From positions 1 to 26,587 of the IMG/VR virus record IMGVR_UViG_3300017912_002981: a DNA stretch of 26,587 nt, one strand, 5' to 3'. Made by a program: the position numbers and the translations under genes. How positions within the stretch are numbered: the stretch's first letter is position 1; the number at the start of each line of letters is the position of its first letter. This document shows positions 7,457-15,774 of this stretch, piece after piece. Origin of the DNA: a virus (Duplodnaviria; Caudoviricetes). The notes under the pieces were generated by a model that worked only from the letters and a program-made list of their open reading frames with translations, did no database searches and had not been told where the DNA came from.

Positions 7457-8199
7457 GTGAAAAATTATTTAAAGCTGGTCAAGCTCTATCAAGAGCATAT
7501 AAAAAAGTTGACGATTTTGCACAGAAAGGTTTAATTACAACTTTAAAACAAAAATTTAAAGGTAAGACACCTATTAGTACAGGAAACGTTTTAAGTAAAA
7601 GTAAAGAGTTAGTTAAATTTAATCCTAAAAAAGCATTACCAGCTACGCTTCCTAAAGCAGCTAAAAAATTAGGTAAGCTAGGTAAAGTAGCTAGATTTGC
7701 TAGAGCAGCAACACCTTTAGCATTAGGATTTGAAGCTGCTAATCTTGCTTATAAAGTTGCAACACTTTCACCAGAAAAGAAAGCTAGTGTTAAAAAATTA
7801 AAAACAAAATTAAGTAAAGTAAGCACAAAAGATTATCATGCTGACCTTATGAAAATGAGATTAGGAGGAGATACAATGTTAAAGAACCCAAAAAAAGCTG
7901 ACTTAGATAAAGATGGCAAATTATCAAGTTACGAGAAAAAAAGAGGAAAAGCCATCGAATCAAATATGATGAAAGCCAAAGCGGGAATGTCAATAGAGGG
8001 TGATGATAAAAGAGATATAAGAAAAACTGAGTCTATCATTGGTGCATCTAAAAGTTCTAAAAGAGAAAAAAAAGTTATGAAAAGATCTATAGGTGGTGAA
8101 TCAAGAGGTTATGGTGCAGCAAGAACTTCAGGCATGGGTCTACAAGATGAACAATTACCACCGGGAAAGTCTTTGGATTATTACAAAGATATAATGTAA
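7453..8199 (+). CDS. Lys-rich modular protein with an EF-hand loop
   Basis: 248 aa; DLDKDGKLSSYE canonical 12-residue loop at 7900-7935; possible internal start at 7876. Confidence 0.75.
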   Translation: MSEKLFKAGQALSRAYKKVDDFAQKGLITTLKQKFKGKTPISTGNVLSKSKELVKFNPKKALPATLPKAAKKLGKLGKVARFARAATPLALGFEAANLAYKVATLSPEKKASVKKLKTKLSKVSTKDYHADLMKMRLGGDTMLKNPKKADLDKDGKLSSYEKKRGKAIESNMMKAKAGMSIEGDDKRDIRKTESIIGASKSSKREKKVMKRSIGGESRGYGAARTSGMGLQDEQLPPGKSLDYYKDIM

Positions 8200-8205
8200 T
8201 GAATT

Positions 8206-8901
8206 ATGGCTACGTCAGGAACTACAGCATTCGATTTAAATATCGATGACATTATTGAAGAAGCATACGAGAGATGTGGTATGCGTACTAATAGTGGAAA
8301 TGATTTACGTAGTGCAAGAAGAAGTTTAAATCTTTTATTTTCTGAATGGGGTAACAGAGGAATTCATCTTTGGAAAGTTACACTAAATGAAGTGGCTTTG
8401 GTTGCGGGAACAGCCACATATTCTGTAGCATCAAATGTAAATGATGTTTTAGAGGCATACATATCAACCACAAATGCTGCTGGAAATACTTCATCAACGA
8501 ACGATATATCTTTAACAAAAATTGATAGATCTGCATATGCAGCTCTTCCAAACAAATTACAAACAGGACAACCTTCGCAATATTTTGTAGATAGGCAGAC
8601 AACGCCTACAATAAATTTATATTTGGCTCCTGATGCAACGACTTATACAACATTAAAATTTTATACAATTAACAGAATTGAAGATGCGGGTGTGTATACA
8701 AATCAAGCAGATGTTGCTTATAGATTTTTACCGTGTATGTGTTCAGGTCTTGCTTACTATTTAGCACAAAAAAGAGCACCAGATAGAATTCAATTATTAA
8801 AACAACTTTATGAGGATGAATTATTAAGAGCATTAAATGAAGATGGCCAAAGGGCATCTGTCTATATATCTCCTCAAACTTATTTTGGAGATGGAGTATA
8901 A
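8206..8901 (+). CDS. Head-tail connector/adaptor protein
   Basis: 231 aa; helical N-terminus (IIEEAYERCG...ARRSLNLL), LVAGTATY, GQPSQYFVDR, LAYYLA pattern typical of podovirus adaptor proteins. Confidence 0.65.
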   Translation: MATSGTTAFDLNIDDIIEEAYERCGMRTNSGNDLRSARRSLNLLFSEWGNRGIHLWKVTLNEVALVAGTATYSVASNVNDVLEAYISTTNAAGNTSSTNDISLTKIDRSAYAALPNKLQTGQPSQYFVDRQTTPTINLYLAPDATTYTTLKFYTINRIEDAGVYTNQADVAYRFLPCMCSGLAYYLAQKRAPDRIQLLKQLYEDELLRALNEDGQRASVYISPQTYFGDGV

Positions 8902-9338
8902 TGTCATACGCAACTGGTAAAAGATCAAAAGCAATATCTGATAGATCAGGAATGGCTTATCCATACAAAGAAATGGTAAAAGAATGGAATGGTTCTTTAG
9001 TTCATATATCTGAGTTTGAACCAAAACATCCTCAACTAGATCCACCATACCACAAGGCAGATGCAATAGCTTTAAAAAATCCAAGGGTGATGAAATTTCA
9101 ACAACCTTCTCAAGAATTTCAAAATGATAATACTATTTCAGATTCAGGTGGTATTCATGTTGGTGTTGCTAATTTATCATTACCGGGAGACTTTGCCTTT
9201 AGAACACAAGAATTTAATGTAACAACAAATGGTATAACAACAACTATTCATAGTATGGTTCCCGAAGATCCATCATTGCAAAATAGAAGAAGAGAACTCA
9301 TTTCTTTAATTGGTTCAGTAGGAGTAAGTATTTCGTAA
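8901..9338 (+). CDS. Hypothetical neck-region protein
   Basis: 145 aa; AISDRSG...EWNG...EPKHPQL; TAATG coupling on both sides. Confidence 0.7.
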   Translation: MSYATGKRSKAISDRSGMAYPYKEMVKEWNGSLVHISEFEPKHPQLDPPYHKADAIALKNPRVMKFQQPSQEFQNDNTISDSGGIHVGVANLSLPGDFAFRTQEFNVTTNGITTTIHSMVPEDPSLQNRRRELISLIGSVGVSIS

Positions 9339-10009
9339 TGGCAATAACTCATGCAAATTTTTTAACACAAGTAAGAAACTACACTGAAGTAGATGCTAAT
9401 GTTTTAAGTGATTCTATTATTCAAGAATTTATTAGAAACGTTGAATTAGATATAGCTGGTAAAGTTGATTATGATGATTTAAGAAAATACGCAACATCTA
9501 ATTTCACAGCGGGTAATAGATATGTTTCTTTACCATCAGATGCTTTAGTTATTAGATCTGTGCAAGTAATAGATGGCAGCACTAGAATTTTTTTAGAAAA
9601 AAGAGATACTAGTTTTATTTCTGAGTTTAATAGCACTGGTGTACAAGGAACGCCTAAATATTATGCGAATTGGGAAGATAACGTACAAACAGGAAATATT
9701 ATTTTAGTGGCACCAACTCCAGCTTCAGCTTTGACTGTACAAATAAATTACATAAAAGATGCACCAAATTTTACTAGCTCAAACAACACCTATCTTTCTC
9801 AACATCAAGAATCTATGTTATTGCATGGAGTATTAGCAGAAGCTTTTAGATTTTTAAAAGGACCCGACAATCTGTACAACCTCTATCAAACAAAGTATAC
9901 TGAAGAAGTACAGAATTTTGCCCTACAACAAATGGGTAGAAGAAGACGTGGAGAATACGATGATGGAGTGCCAAGAATTGTTGTTCCATCTCCTTCTCCA
10001 AACAAATAA
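9338..10009 (+). CDS. Tail tubular/adaptor protein (second adaptor-like protein)
   Basis: 223 aa; YVSLPSD...GTPKYYA...APTP...LLHGVLAEA pattern of podovirus adaptor proteins. Confidence 0.65.
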   Translation: MAITHANFLTQVRNYTEVDANVLSDSIIQEFIRNVELDIAGKVDYDDLRKYATSNFTAGNRYVSLPSDALVIRSVQVIDGSTRIFLEKRDTSFISEFNSTGVQGTPKYYANWEDNVQTGNIILVAPTPASALTVQINYIKDAPNFTSSNNTYLSQHQESMLLHGVLAEAFRFLKGPDNLYNLYQTKYTEEVQNFALQQMGRRRRGEYDDGVPRIVVPSPSPNK

Positions 10010-10025
10010 TTAAAGGAGGCCAATT

Positions 10026-10472
10026 ATGGCAATAACAACAAACGCAATTTGTGATTCTTTTAAGAAAGAGTTACTACAAGGTAAACATGATTTTGATACA
10101 TCATCTGATACATATAAATTAGCGATGTATGGATCACCAGCTACTTTAGGAAAATCTACTACAAACTATACTACATCTGGAGAAGTGTCTTCTCCTTCTG
10201 GTTATTCAGCGGGCGGAAAAGCTTTAGTAAATCAAGGTGTAAAAGTTTCATCATCGGTAGCAATAACTGACTTTGCTGATTTATCTTTTGTAGGTGTTAC
10301 TCTTACTGCAAGAGGAGCATTAATTTATAATACAACAACTGATGGTGGTTCAAACACTACAGATGCTGTAGCAGTGTTAGATTTTGGTGCAGAAAAAACT
10401 GCAACTTCTGGAACATTTACAATTCAATTTCCAGCGTTTACAACTTCTGCTGCAATTTTGAGACTTGCATAA
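10026..10472 (+). CDS. Tail/virion structural protein
   Basis: 148 aa; AGGAGG RBS; SFKKELL...YKLAMY...GYSAGG...ARGALIYN...VLDFG. Confidence 0.7.
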   Translation: MAITTNAICDSFKKELLQGKHDFDTSSDTYKLAMYGSPATLGKSTTNYTTSGEVSSPSGYSAGGKALVNQGVKVSSSVAITDFADLSFVGVTLTARGALIYNTTTDGGSNTTDAVAVLDFGAEKTATSGTFTIQFPAFTTSAAILRLA

Positions 10473-10485
10473 GGAATAAAATGAT

Positions 10486-11460
10486 ATGGCTACTGGATGG
10501 GGACGTAAGACATGGGGAGCATCCGAATGGGGAGATCTTTCTGACGAAATAGTTTCCGTCAGTGGCATATCATTAACATCATCAATCGGTTCTGAATCTG
10601 TAACAGCAAATGCTGACGTTTCAGTATCTGGAATTCAAATTACATCTTCTCAAGGTGCTGCTGTTGGAGGTACCTCTGCTGTAGTACAAGTTACTGGTAG
10701 TTTGGAATCAATGGCTGTTGGTAGCACAGTAATTGGTATAGGTGTTCCTGTCACAGGAATTTCTGCAACCTCTAACATTGGTGCAGCTACAGTTGATGAA
10801 TCTCAATTAACAGGTATTGGTTGGGGTAGACGAACTTGGGGTAATCTTGCATGGGGTGGTGCTTACTCAGTTATTGCTACTGGTCAAAGTTTAACCTCAT
10901 CGATAGGTGATGCAGTCGCATCAATTGATGTTTCTGTATCAGTCACAAGTGCAGGAGAATTAACTTCAACATTTGGAAGTTTCTCTTTACAAATTGATCA
11001 AGATATAACAGTCTTTGCTGCTGAAGACCAACTTGATTTTACAATTGGATCACTAGAATTTGATGCTGATGCTAACGTAACTGTTTCTAGTGCTGGATCA
11101 TTAACTAGTTCAATTGGAAATACTGTAGCGGGTTTAAAAACTCCTGTAGATGTAAGTGGAATCCAAGCAAGTATGAGCTTGGGTACATTTACTTTAGTTC
11201 AAACAACAGTTGAACAACCTTCAGGTCTTCAAGCTACGATGTCTCTTGGACAACATGCTGAAATTCCAGGACAAATTATAGGAGTTTCTGGTTTACAATT
11301 AAGTGGATCTATAGGTCAAGTTTCTATTGATGCTGCGGCAGAAATTGATGTATCAGGCATACAAATGACTGCATCTGTTGGAAGTCCAAATATTACAGCG
11401 TGGGCTGAAATTGATCCAGGTGTATCAAATACTTGGACACCAGTTGATTTGGCTGCATGA
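10486..11460 (+). CDS. Repetitive virion fibre/appendage protein
   Basis: 324 aa, acidic; ~20-22 aa V-x-V-[ST]-G-x3-TSSIG-like repeats; two WGxxxWGxxxWG blocks. Confidence 0.65.
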   Translation: MATGWGRKTWGASEWGDLSDEIVSVSGISLTSSIGSESVTANADVSVSGIQITSSQGAAVGGTSAVVQVTGSLESMAVGSTVIGIGVPVTGISATSNIGAATVDESQLTGIGWGRRTWGNLAWGGAYSVIATGQSLTSSIGDAVASIDVSVSVTSAGELTSTFGSFSLQIDQDITVFAAEDQLDFTIGSLEFDADANVTVSSAGSLTSSIGNTVAGLKTPVDVSGIQASMSLGTFTLVQTTVEQPSGLQATMSLGQHAEIPGQIIGVSGLQLSGSIGQVSIDAAAEIDVSGIQMTASVGSPNITAWAEIDPGVSNTWTPVDLAA

Positions 11461-11472
11461 TTAATGTAAAAT
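11444..11472 (+). promoter_or_regulatory. sigma70-type promoter for the tail fibre gene
   Basis: TTGATT (11444-11449) - 17 nt - TAAAAT (11467-11472); AAGGAG RBS downstream. Confidence 0.55.
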
Positions 11473-11498
11473 AATAATATTTAAGGAGATAAAATTTT

Positions 11499-12764
11499 AT
11501 GGCATCTAGTTATTCTACAGATCTTAAACTCGAATTAATGGTGACTGGTGAAAATGCTGGTACTTGGGGTGATAAGACAAATACAAATTTAAATTTAGTA
11601 CAACAAGCAATTGCTGGTTTTGAACAAGTAACACTTTCTTCAGGAGGGACTGTTGCACTTGTAATGTCAGATGGTGCTTTATCAAATGCAAGGAATTTAG
11701 TAATAAAATTTGCTACTGCTACAATTGCTGCAAGCACAGTTTGTACTATTCCAGATTCAATAGAAAAATTTTATATTTTTGATTGCTCAGGATTAACTAA
11801 TCCATCAAACCTAACTATTAAAACTGCATCAGGTACAGGATTTACCCCAGACGCTGCAAAAATATATGCTGCTTATGCTGATGGAACAAATTTAAACGAA
11901 GTATCTTTAGATACTTTAGGCGGAACAATAGGAACTGCGCAAGTAGCAGACGATGCAATAACTAATGCTAAAATTGCTGACGATGCAATTAGAGCTGCAC
12001 AACTTTCTGACAACGCAGTTGTAACTGCTGCAATTAACAATGATGCTGTTACAGTTGATAAAATGGCGGATGATGCCGTAGGTGCTGATCAACTTATTAA
12101 TACTTCTGTAACTGCAGGATCTTATACTCTTGCTTCAATAACAGTTGATGCACAAGGAAGATTAACTGCAGCATCTAGCGGATCAGCGGGTGGTAATTTA
12201 TATCAACCTAAACAGTTAATTAGTGGACCTTCATCAGGAACGTATACTACTGGAGCTAATTCTTCTAAATTAAATATTTTTATGTGGGGAGCTGGCGGAG
12301 GAGGAGCTAAAAGAAGAAACAATAATGATGGTCAACCTGGTGGTGAAGCAACTTTTGGTTATAGTGCTGCAGTGCCAGTCTCTGCAAGTACAGGATACCC
12401 TTATGTAGTAGGAGGAGGCGGCAATGGTGGTATGGGACAAAATTCTTTCCAAGCTGGTAGTGCTGGTAACGTTACTAACTTTGCAGGACTTCAAGCAAAT
12501 GCTGGAGGTGGTGGTCCTAATGGTCCACAAAATGGTTCAGGGTCAAATGGAACAATATCTTTTACAAATGAATTTAGTGGAGTTCCAAGAAGATTTTGGA
12601 ACGTAGGACCTACAAGTGATACAATGTCCAGTGGATCTGATCAAGTAAATGGAGGTTATGGTTTGAAAGGTTTAGCACCAAATGCTCCTGGTTTCTTTTT
12701 AATAAATCCTGGAGAAAGTGGAAATCCTGGGGGTTTATTAATTTGGGAAGATAGTGACGGTTAG
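11499..12764 (+). CDS. Tail fibre / receptor-binding protein with glycine-rich C-terminal domain
   Basis: N-terminal attachment motif GENAGTWGDKTNTN; six 10-aa repeats (TAQVADDAIT/NAKIADDAIR...); VTAGSYT..ITVDAQGRLTAA motif; Gly-rich distal domain. Confidence 0.8.
   Translation: MASSYSTDLKLELMVTGENAGTWGDKTNTNLNLVQQAIAGFEQVTLSSGGTVALVMSDGALSNARNLVIKFATATIAASTVCTIPDSIEKFYIFDCSGLTNPSNLTIKTASGTGFTPDAAKIYAAYADGTNLNEVSLDTLGGTIGTAQVADDAITNAKIADDAIRAAQLSDNAVVTAAINNDAVTVDKMADDAVGADQLINTSVTAGSYTLASITVDAQGRLTAASSGSAGGNLYQPKQLISGPSSGTYTTGANSSKLNIFMWGAGGGGAKRRNNNDGQPGGEATFGYSAAVPVSASTGYPYVVGGGGNGGMGQNSFQAGSAGNVTNFAGLQANAGGGGPNGPQNGSGSNGTISFTNEFSGVPRRFWNVGPTSDTMSSGSDQVNGGYGLKGLAPNAPGFFLINPGESGNPGGLLIWEDSDG
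11934..12113 (+). repeat. Six degenerate 10-aa (30-nt) coding repeats in the fibre shaft
   Basis: TAQVADDAIT NAKIADDAIR AAQLSDNAVV TAAINNDAVT VDKMADDAVG ADQLINTSVT. Confidence 0.8.
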
Positions 12765-12772
12765 GAAAAATT

Positions 12773-13213
12773 ATGGCTAAATATTTTATTTTTAGAAACA
12801 CATCAGAAACAGAAAATCTTCATGCAATAGCAGAAAGCGATGCAGAAAAAAATTCTTTTTTTTGGTTAGATGATTCATTAAAAGTTTTAGAAGTTTCAGA
12901 TGCAGATTTTGATAAAGTGCAAACTAATAAAGCTTATGCTACTTGTGATAGCAGCAACAATATTACTGTTACTGATCACGATTCTCTAAGTTTAGATAAA
13001 GCTGGATTAGACGGATATGTTCCTGACTTAATAGAGAGAATAGAGCATTATATTTCAAACAACGAAAATCACTCTATGTGGGGAGATTGGAATAATTATT
13101 ATAATTATCTAAAAAGTTTAGATACATCTTCTTTAAATTATCCAATGGTGACATGGGAAGATTACTGTAAAACAAACTCAATACCTTTTAAAAGTTTATT
13201 GCAATTACCGTAA
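12773..13213 (+). CDS. Hypothetical protein, possible tail fibre assembly chaperone
   Basis: 146 aa, acidic; directly after the fibre gene; W-x-x-Y-x-x-x-L and ...YP near the C-terminus, as in fibre chaperones. Confidence 0.5.
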   Translation: MAKYFIFRNTSETENLHAIAESDAEKNSFFWLDDSLKVLEVSDADFDKVQTNKAYATCDSSNNITVTDHDSLSLDKAGLDGYVPDLIERIEHYISNNENHSMWGDWNNYYNYLKSLDTSSLNYPMVTWEDYCKTNSIPFKSLLQLP

Positions 13214-13226
13214 ATAGTATTACTAT
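13199..13226 (+). promoter_or_regulatory. Possible sigma70-type promoter, leaderless
   Basis: TTGCAA (13199-13204) - 16 nt - TACTAT (13221-13226); ATG 6 nt later. Confidence 0.5.
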
Positions 13227-13232
13227 TTATAC

Positions 13233-13961
13233 ATGTTAGAAAATTGCATAGAATTTCAAGCACCTAAGTATTACATTGATTTAAAAGAAGAATTACCACA
13301 ACCGATAAAATTTAATTTACCTGAATGGTATAAAAAATTAATTCACAACAGAGATAACTTGACTGTAAAAGGATGTAGACCATTTTTTGAAACTCTCACA
13401 AGTGGTTACTTATTACGTTTACCAGCTGATTATAAAGTTAAATTTAATAAGTTTAGAGGCGATACTGATGTGCAAGTTCAAGGTATTCATAACACCAAGA
13501 AACACGTAGATCCTAACTTAAATGTAAATGTTCAAGAAGAACATGATAAATTTCAGCTTGAAGGTTCACCATTAATTAAAAAAAATTTAGATAAACATAT
13601 TCAAAAATTTATAAATCCATGGATAATTAAAACACCACCGGGATATTCATGTTTATTTGTACCCCCTTTAAATAATGCAGATGATAGATTTTCTATAATT
13701 CCTGGCATTGTTCATACAGATAAATATCACTCAGAAATAAACTTTCCATTTACAATAAATGGTGATAAGTATCCTTGCATTGAGGATACATTTGAAAAAG
13801 GAACTCCTTACGTACAAGTTATACCTTTTAAGAGAAGCAGTTGGAAAATGAAAATAAGTTCAAAAGATAGTGATCATTTTTATAAATGGGGAATTCAACA
13901 CGTACTTAAATTAGTGCATCTTCTAAAATCTAAGTGGTGGAGTAAAACATCATGGAAGTAA
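13233..13961 (+). CDS. Hypothetical beta-rich protein of the type found next to phage oxygenase clusters
   Basis: LPEWYK...TVKGCRPF...NPWIIKTPPGYSCLF...PGIVHTD...KGTPYVQVIPFKR; function not assignable. Confidence 0.7.
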   Translation: MLENCIEFQAPKYYIDLKEELPQPIKFNLPEWYKKLIHNRDNLTVKGCRPFFETLTSGYLLRLPADYKVKFNKFRGDTDVQVQGIHNTKKHVDPNLNVNVQEEHDKFQLEGSPLIKKNLDKHIQKFINPWIIKTPPGYSCLFVPPLNNADDRFSIIPGIVHTDKYHSEINFPFTINGDKYPCIEDTFEKGTPYVQVIPFKRSSWKMKISSKDSDHFYKWGIQHVLKLVHLLKSKWWSKTSWK

Positions 13962-14527
13962 AAGATTTAATAAGAATAAGAGATGATATTTTACCCAAGC
14001 AAATTTTAAATAACTTTACTAGAGTAATTAAAAATGAAAAAATTTTTAAATTACAAACAGCGACCATAATAAGAGATAAAGGAACAGTTGATAAAAAAGT
14101 AAGAGATACACAATGCATGCATTTTACAAACAATTCAGATTCTGCATGTGTTACTCATTGGTCAAATTTATTGTATTGTTTTTTTAATTATCGGATTGAA
14201 GAATATCCAACTTTGATAAAAATGCCATTATTTGAACATCCAAAAATACAAGATATTCAATTATTAAAATATGAAAAAGATGGATTTTACAATTGGCACG
14301 TTGATCATGGAGGCACTGTACCTAGAACTTTAAGTTTAATTTTTTTAGTTAATGATGATTACGAAGGCGGTGAATTATGTTTTATAAACCCTGATGGAAC
14401 AGATCCGATAAAAATACCAGTTAAAAAAAACAGATTAATAATATGGCCTTCTAATTTTTTATATCCACATAAAGTAGAACCCGTAAAGAAAGGAGTTAAA
14501 TATTCAATAGTAGCATGGGCATTATAG
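13952..14527 (+). CDS. 2OG-Fe(II) oxygenase, prolyl 4-hydroxylase-like
   Basis: YNWHVD, RTLS, NDDYEGGEL, WPSNFLYPHKVEPVKKGVKYSIV. Confidence 0.9.
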   Translation: MEVKDLIRIRDDILPKQILNNFTRVIKNEKIFKLQTATIIRDKGTVDKKVRDTQCMHFTNNSDSACVTHWSNLLYCFFNYRIEEYPTLIKMPLFEHPKIQDIQLLKYEKDGFYNWHVDHGGTVPRTLSLIFLVNDDYEGGELCFINPDGTDPIKIPVKKNRLIIWPSNFLYPHKVEPVKKGVKYSIVAWAL

Positions 14528-15066
14528 GAAAAGATTTTAAATATAAAAAAGTTAGTAATTTTCTTGAAGATAATGAGAGAGAATTAATATTTTATACATG
14601 TAAACTTAGACATGAAGGTAATGTTAAATATTTTGATATTGATTTTAACAAAAACGGTGATTCTGGTTTTTATGGAGACAATTATATGGAATCATTGTTA
14701 ATGTTAAAATTACCCTTAATGGAAAAACTAACTGGTAAAGAACTTTGGCCGACTTATTCTTATTGGCGTGCTTACACACATTTAGCTGAATTAATAAAAC
14801 ATGAAGATAGAGAATCTTGTGAAATATCTGTGACAGTTAATGTAGGAGGTGATGGAACTGATTGGCCAATATATATTGATGATAATGAAATATTATTAAA
14901 ACCTGGTGATGCAGCAATTTATCTTGGTATGGAACTTACTCATTATAGAAAAGAATTTTTAGGAGATTTTCAGTTTCAAACTTTTTTACATTATGTAGAT
15001 AAGAATGGACCTTACAAAAATTTTAAGTATGATAAAAGACAAAAAATAGGAGGTATGAAAGTATGA
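14515..15066 (+). CDS. 2OG-Fe(II) oxygenase-like protein
   Basis: LIKHEDRESCEISVT (HxD), PGDAAIYLG..LTHYR, QTFLHYV. Confidence 0.8.
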   Translation: MGIIGKDFKYKKVSNFLEDNERELIFYTCKLRHEGNVKYFDIDFNKNGDSGFYGDNYMESLLMLKLPLMEKLTGKELWPTYSYWRAYTHLAELIKHEDRESCEISVTVNVGGDGTDWPIYIDDNEILLKPGDAAIYLGMELTHYRKEFLGDFQFQTFLHYVDKNGPYKNFKYDKRQKIGGMKV

Positions 15067-15281
15067 ACTTTAGACAATTAAAAGATGGTGGTTGTAATAT
15101 AGAATTTTCTTGGAGAGAAAGATTCATACTTTTTATTAAAGGTAGAATACACTTACAACCAGAACCTTTTAAACATTTTATAAATCATTTTGCAAAAATG
15201 ATTGCCAATTGGCAAGTTTCATTACCAAAAAATGTTAAGGATGTTATGACAAATAAAGATTCTAAAATTGATGGAAAATAA
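15063..15281 (+). CDS. Hypothetical protein
   Basis: 72 aa; AGGAGG upstream; ATGA overlap. Confidence 0.65.
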   Translation: MNFRQLKDGGCNIEFSWRERFILFIKGRIHLQPEPFKHFINHFAKMIANWQVSLPKNVKDVMTNKDSKIDGK

Positions 15282-15768
15282 TTATTTAAGAGTTGAAGAT
15301 AATTATTTAAGCGATAGTTCTCTATTTAAAATAAAAAAATTAAATTTTGACTGTAATTTCCCACTATTTAAAAATTACGTTAAACCTAATTTTTATTTAG
15401 GTGAATACAAATTTCATTTAGAACATACTTTGTATTATAACAATAATATTACTTCAGATTATATTTATCTTTTAGATGAAATTTTAAAAAAAATAAATCC
15501 TAAAGAAATTCATTATGCAGCTATAATACAAATATTTAAAAATTCAAAAAAAATTAACACTCCAACAATAACAGTGGATAGTCATAATACTTATAATTTT
15601 GTATTGTTTATAGATTGGTCAAATTTAGAACTTAATTTATTAGGTGGATCAACAATAGATTCAAAACAAAATAGAGCCGTGTTTTATAAAAACAGTTTAA
15701 AATCTAATTTTTGTCCACAAACTAATATTCCAATATCGTCTTTCTTGAAGATAAACTATAGTGTATAA
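15268..15768 (+). CDS. Degenerate 2OG-Fe(II) oxygenase-like protein
   Basis: Layout parallels ORF 5571 (VEDNYL, FPLF, HTLY, IDSKQNRAVFY, KINY) but HxD and the distal His are not evident. Confidence 0.5.
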   Translation: MMENNYLRVEDNYLSDSSLFKIKKLNFDCNFPLFKNYVKPNFYLGEYKFHLEHTLYYNNNITSDYIYLLDEILKKINPKEIHYAAIIQIFKNSKKINTPTITVDSHNTYNFVLFIDWSNLELNLLGGSTIDSKQNRAVFYKNSLKSNFCPQTNIPISSFLKINYSV

Positions 15769-15769
15769 T
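15764..15769 (+). promoter_or_regulatory. -10 element 5 nt upstream of the nozzle ATG
   Basis: TATAAT overlapping the upstream stop codon; no convincing -35. Confidence 0.4.
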
Positions 15770-15774
15770 GAGAT

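Noticed and set aside
2442-12606. Alternative-frame + strand ORFs (2442-2696, 2733-3074, 7195-7377, 12424-12606)
   Set aside because: They are nested in better-supported genes, with no convincing RBS or protein features.
11499-12764. Diversity-generating retroelement or invertible segment acting on the fibre
   Set aside because: No reverse transcriptase, template/variable repeat pair, invertase or flanking inverted repeats were seen in this window.
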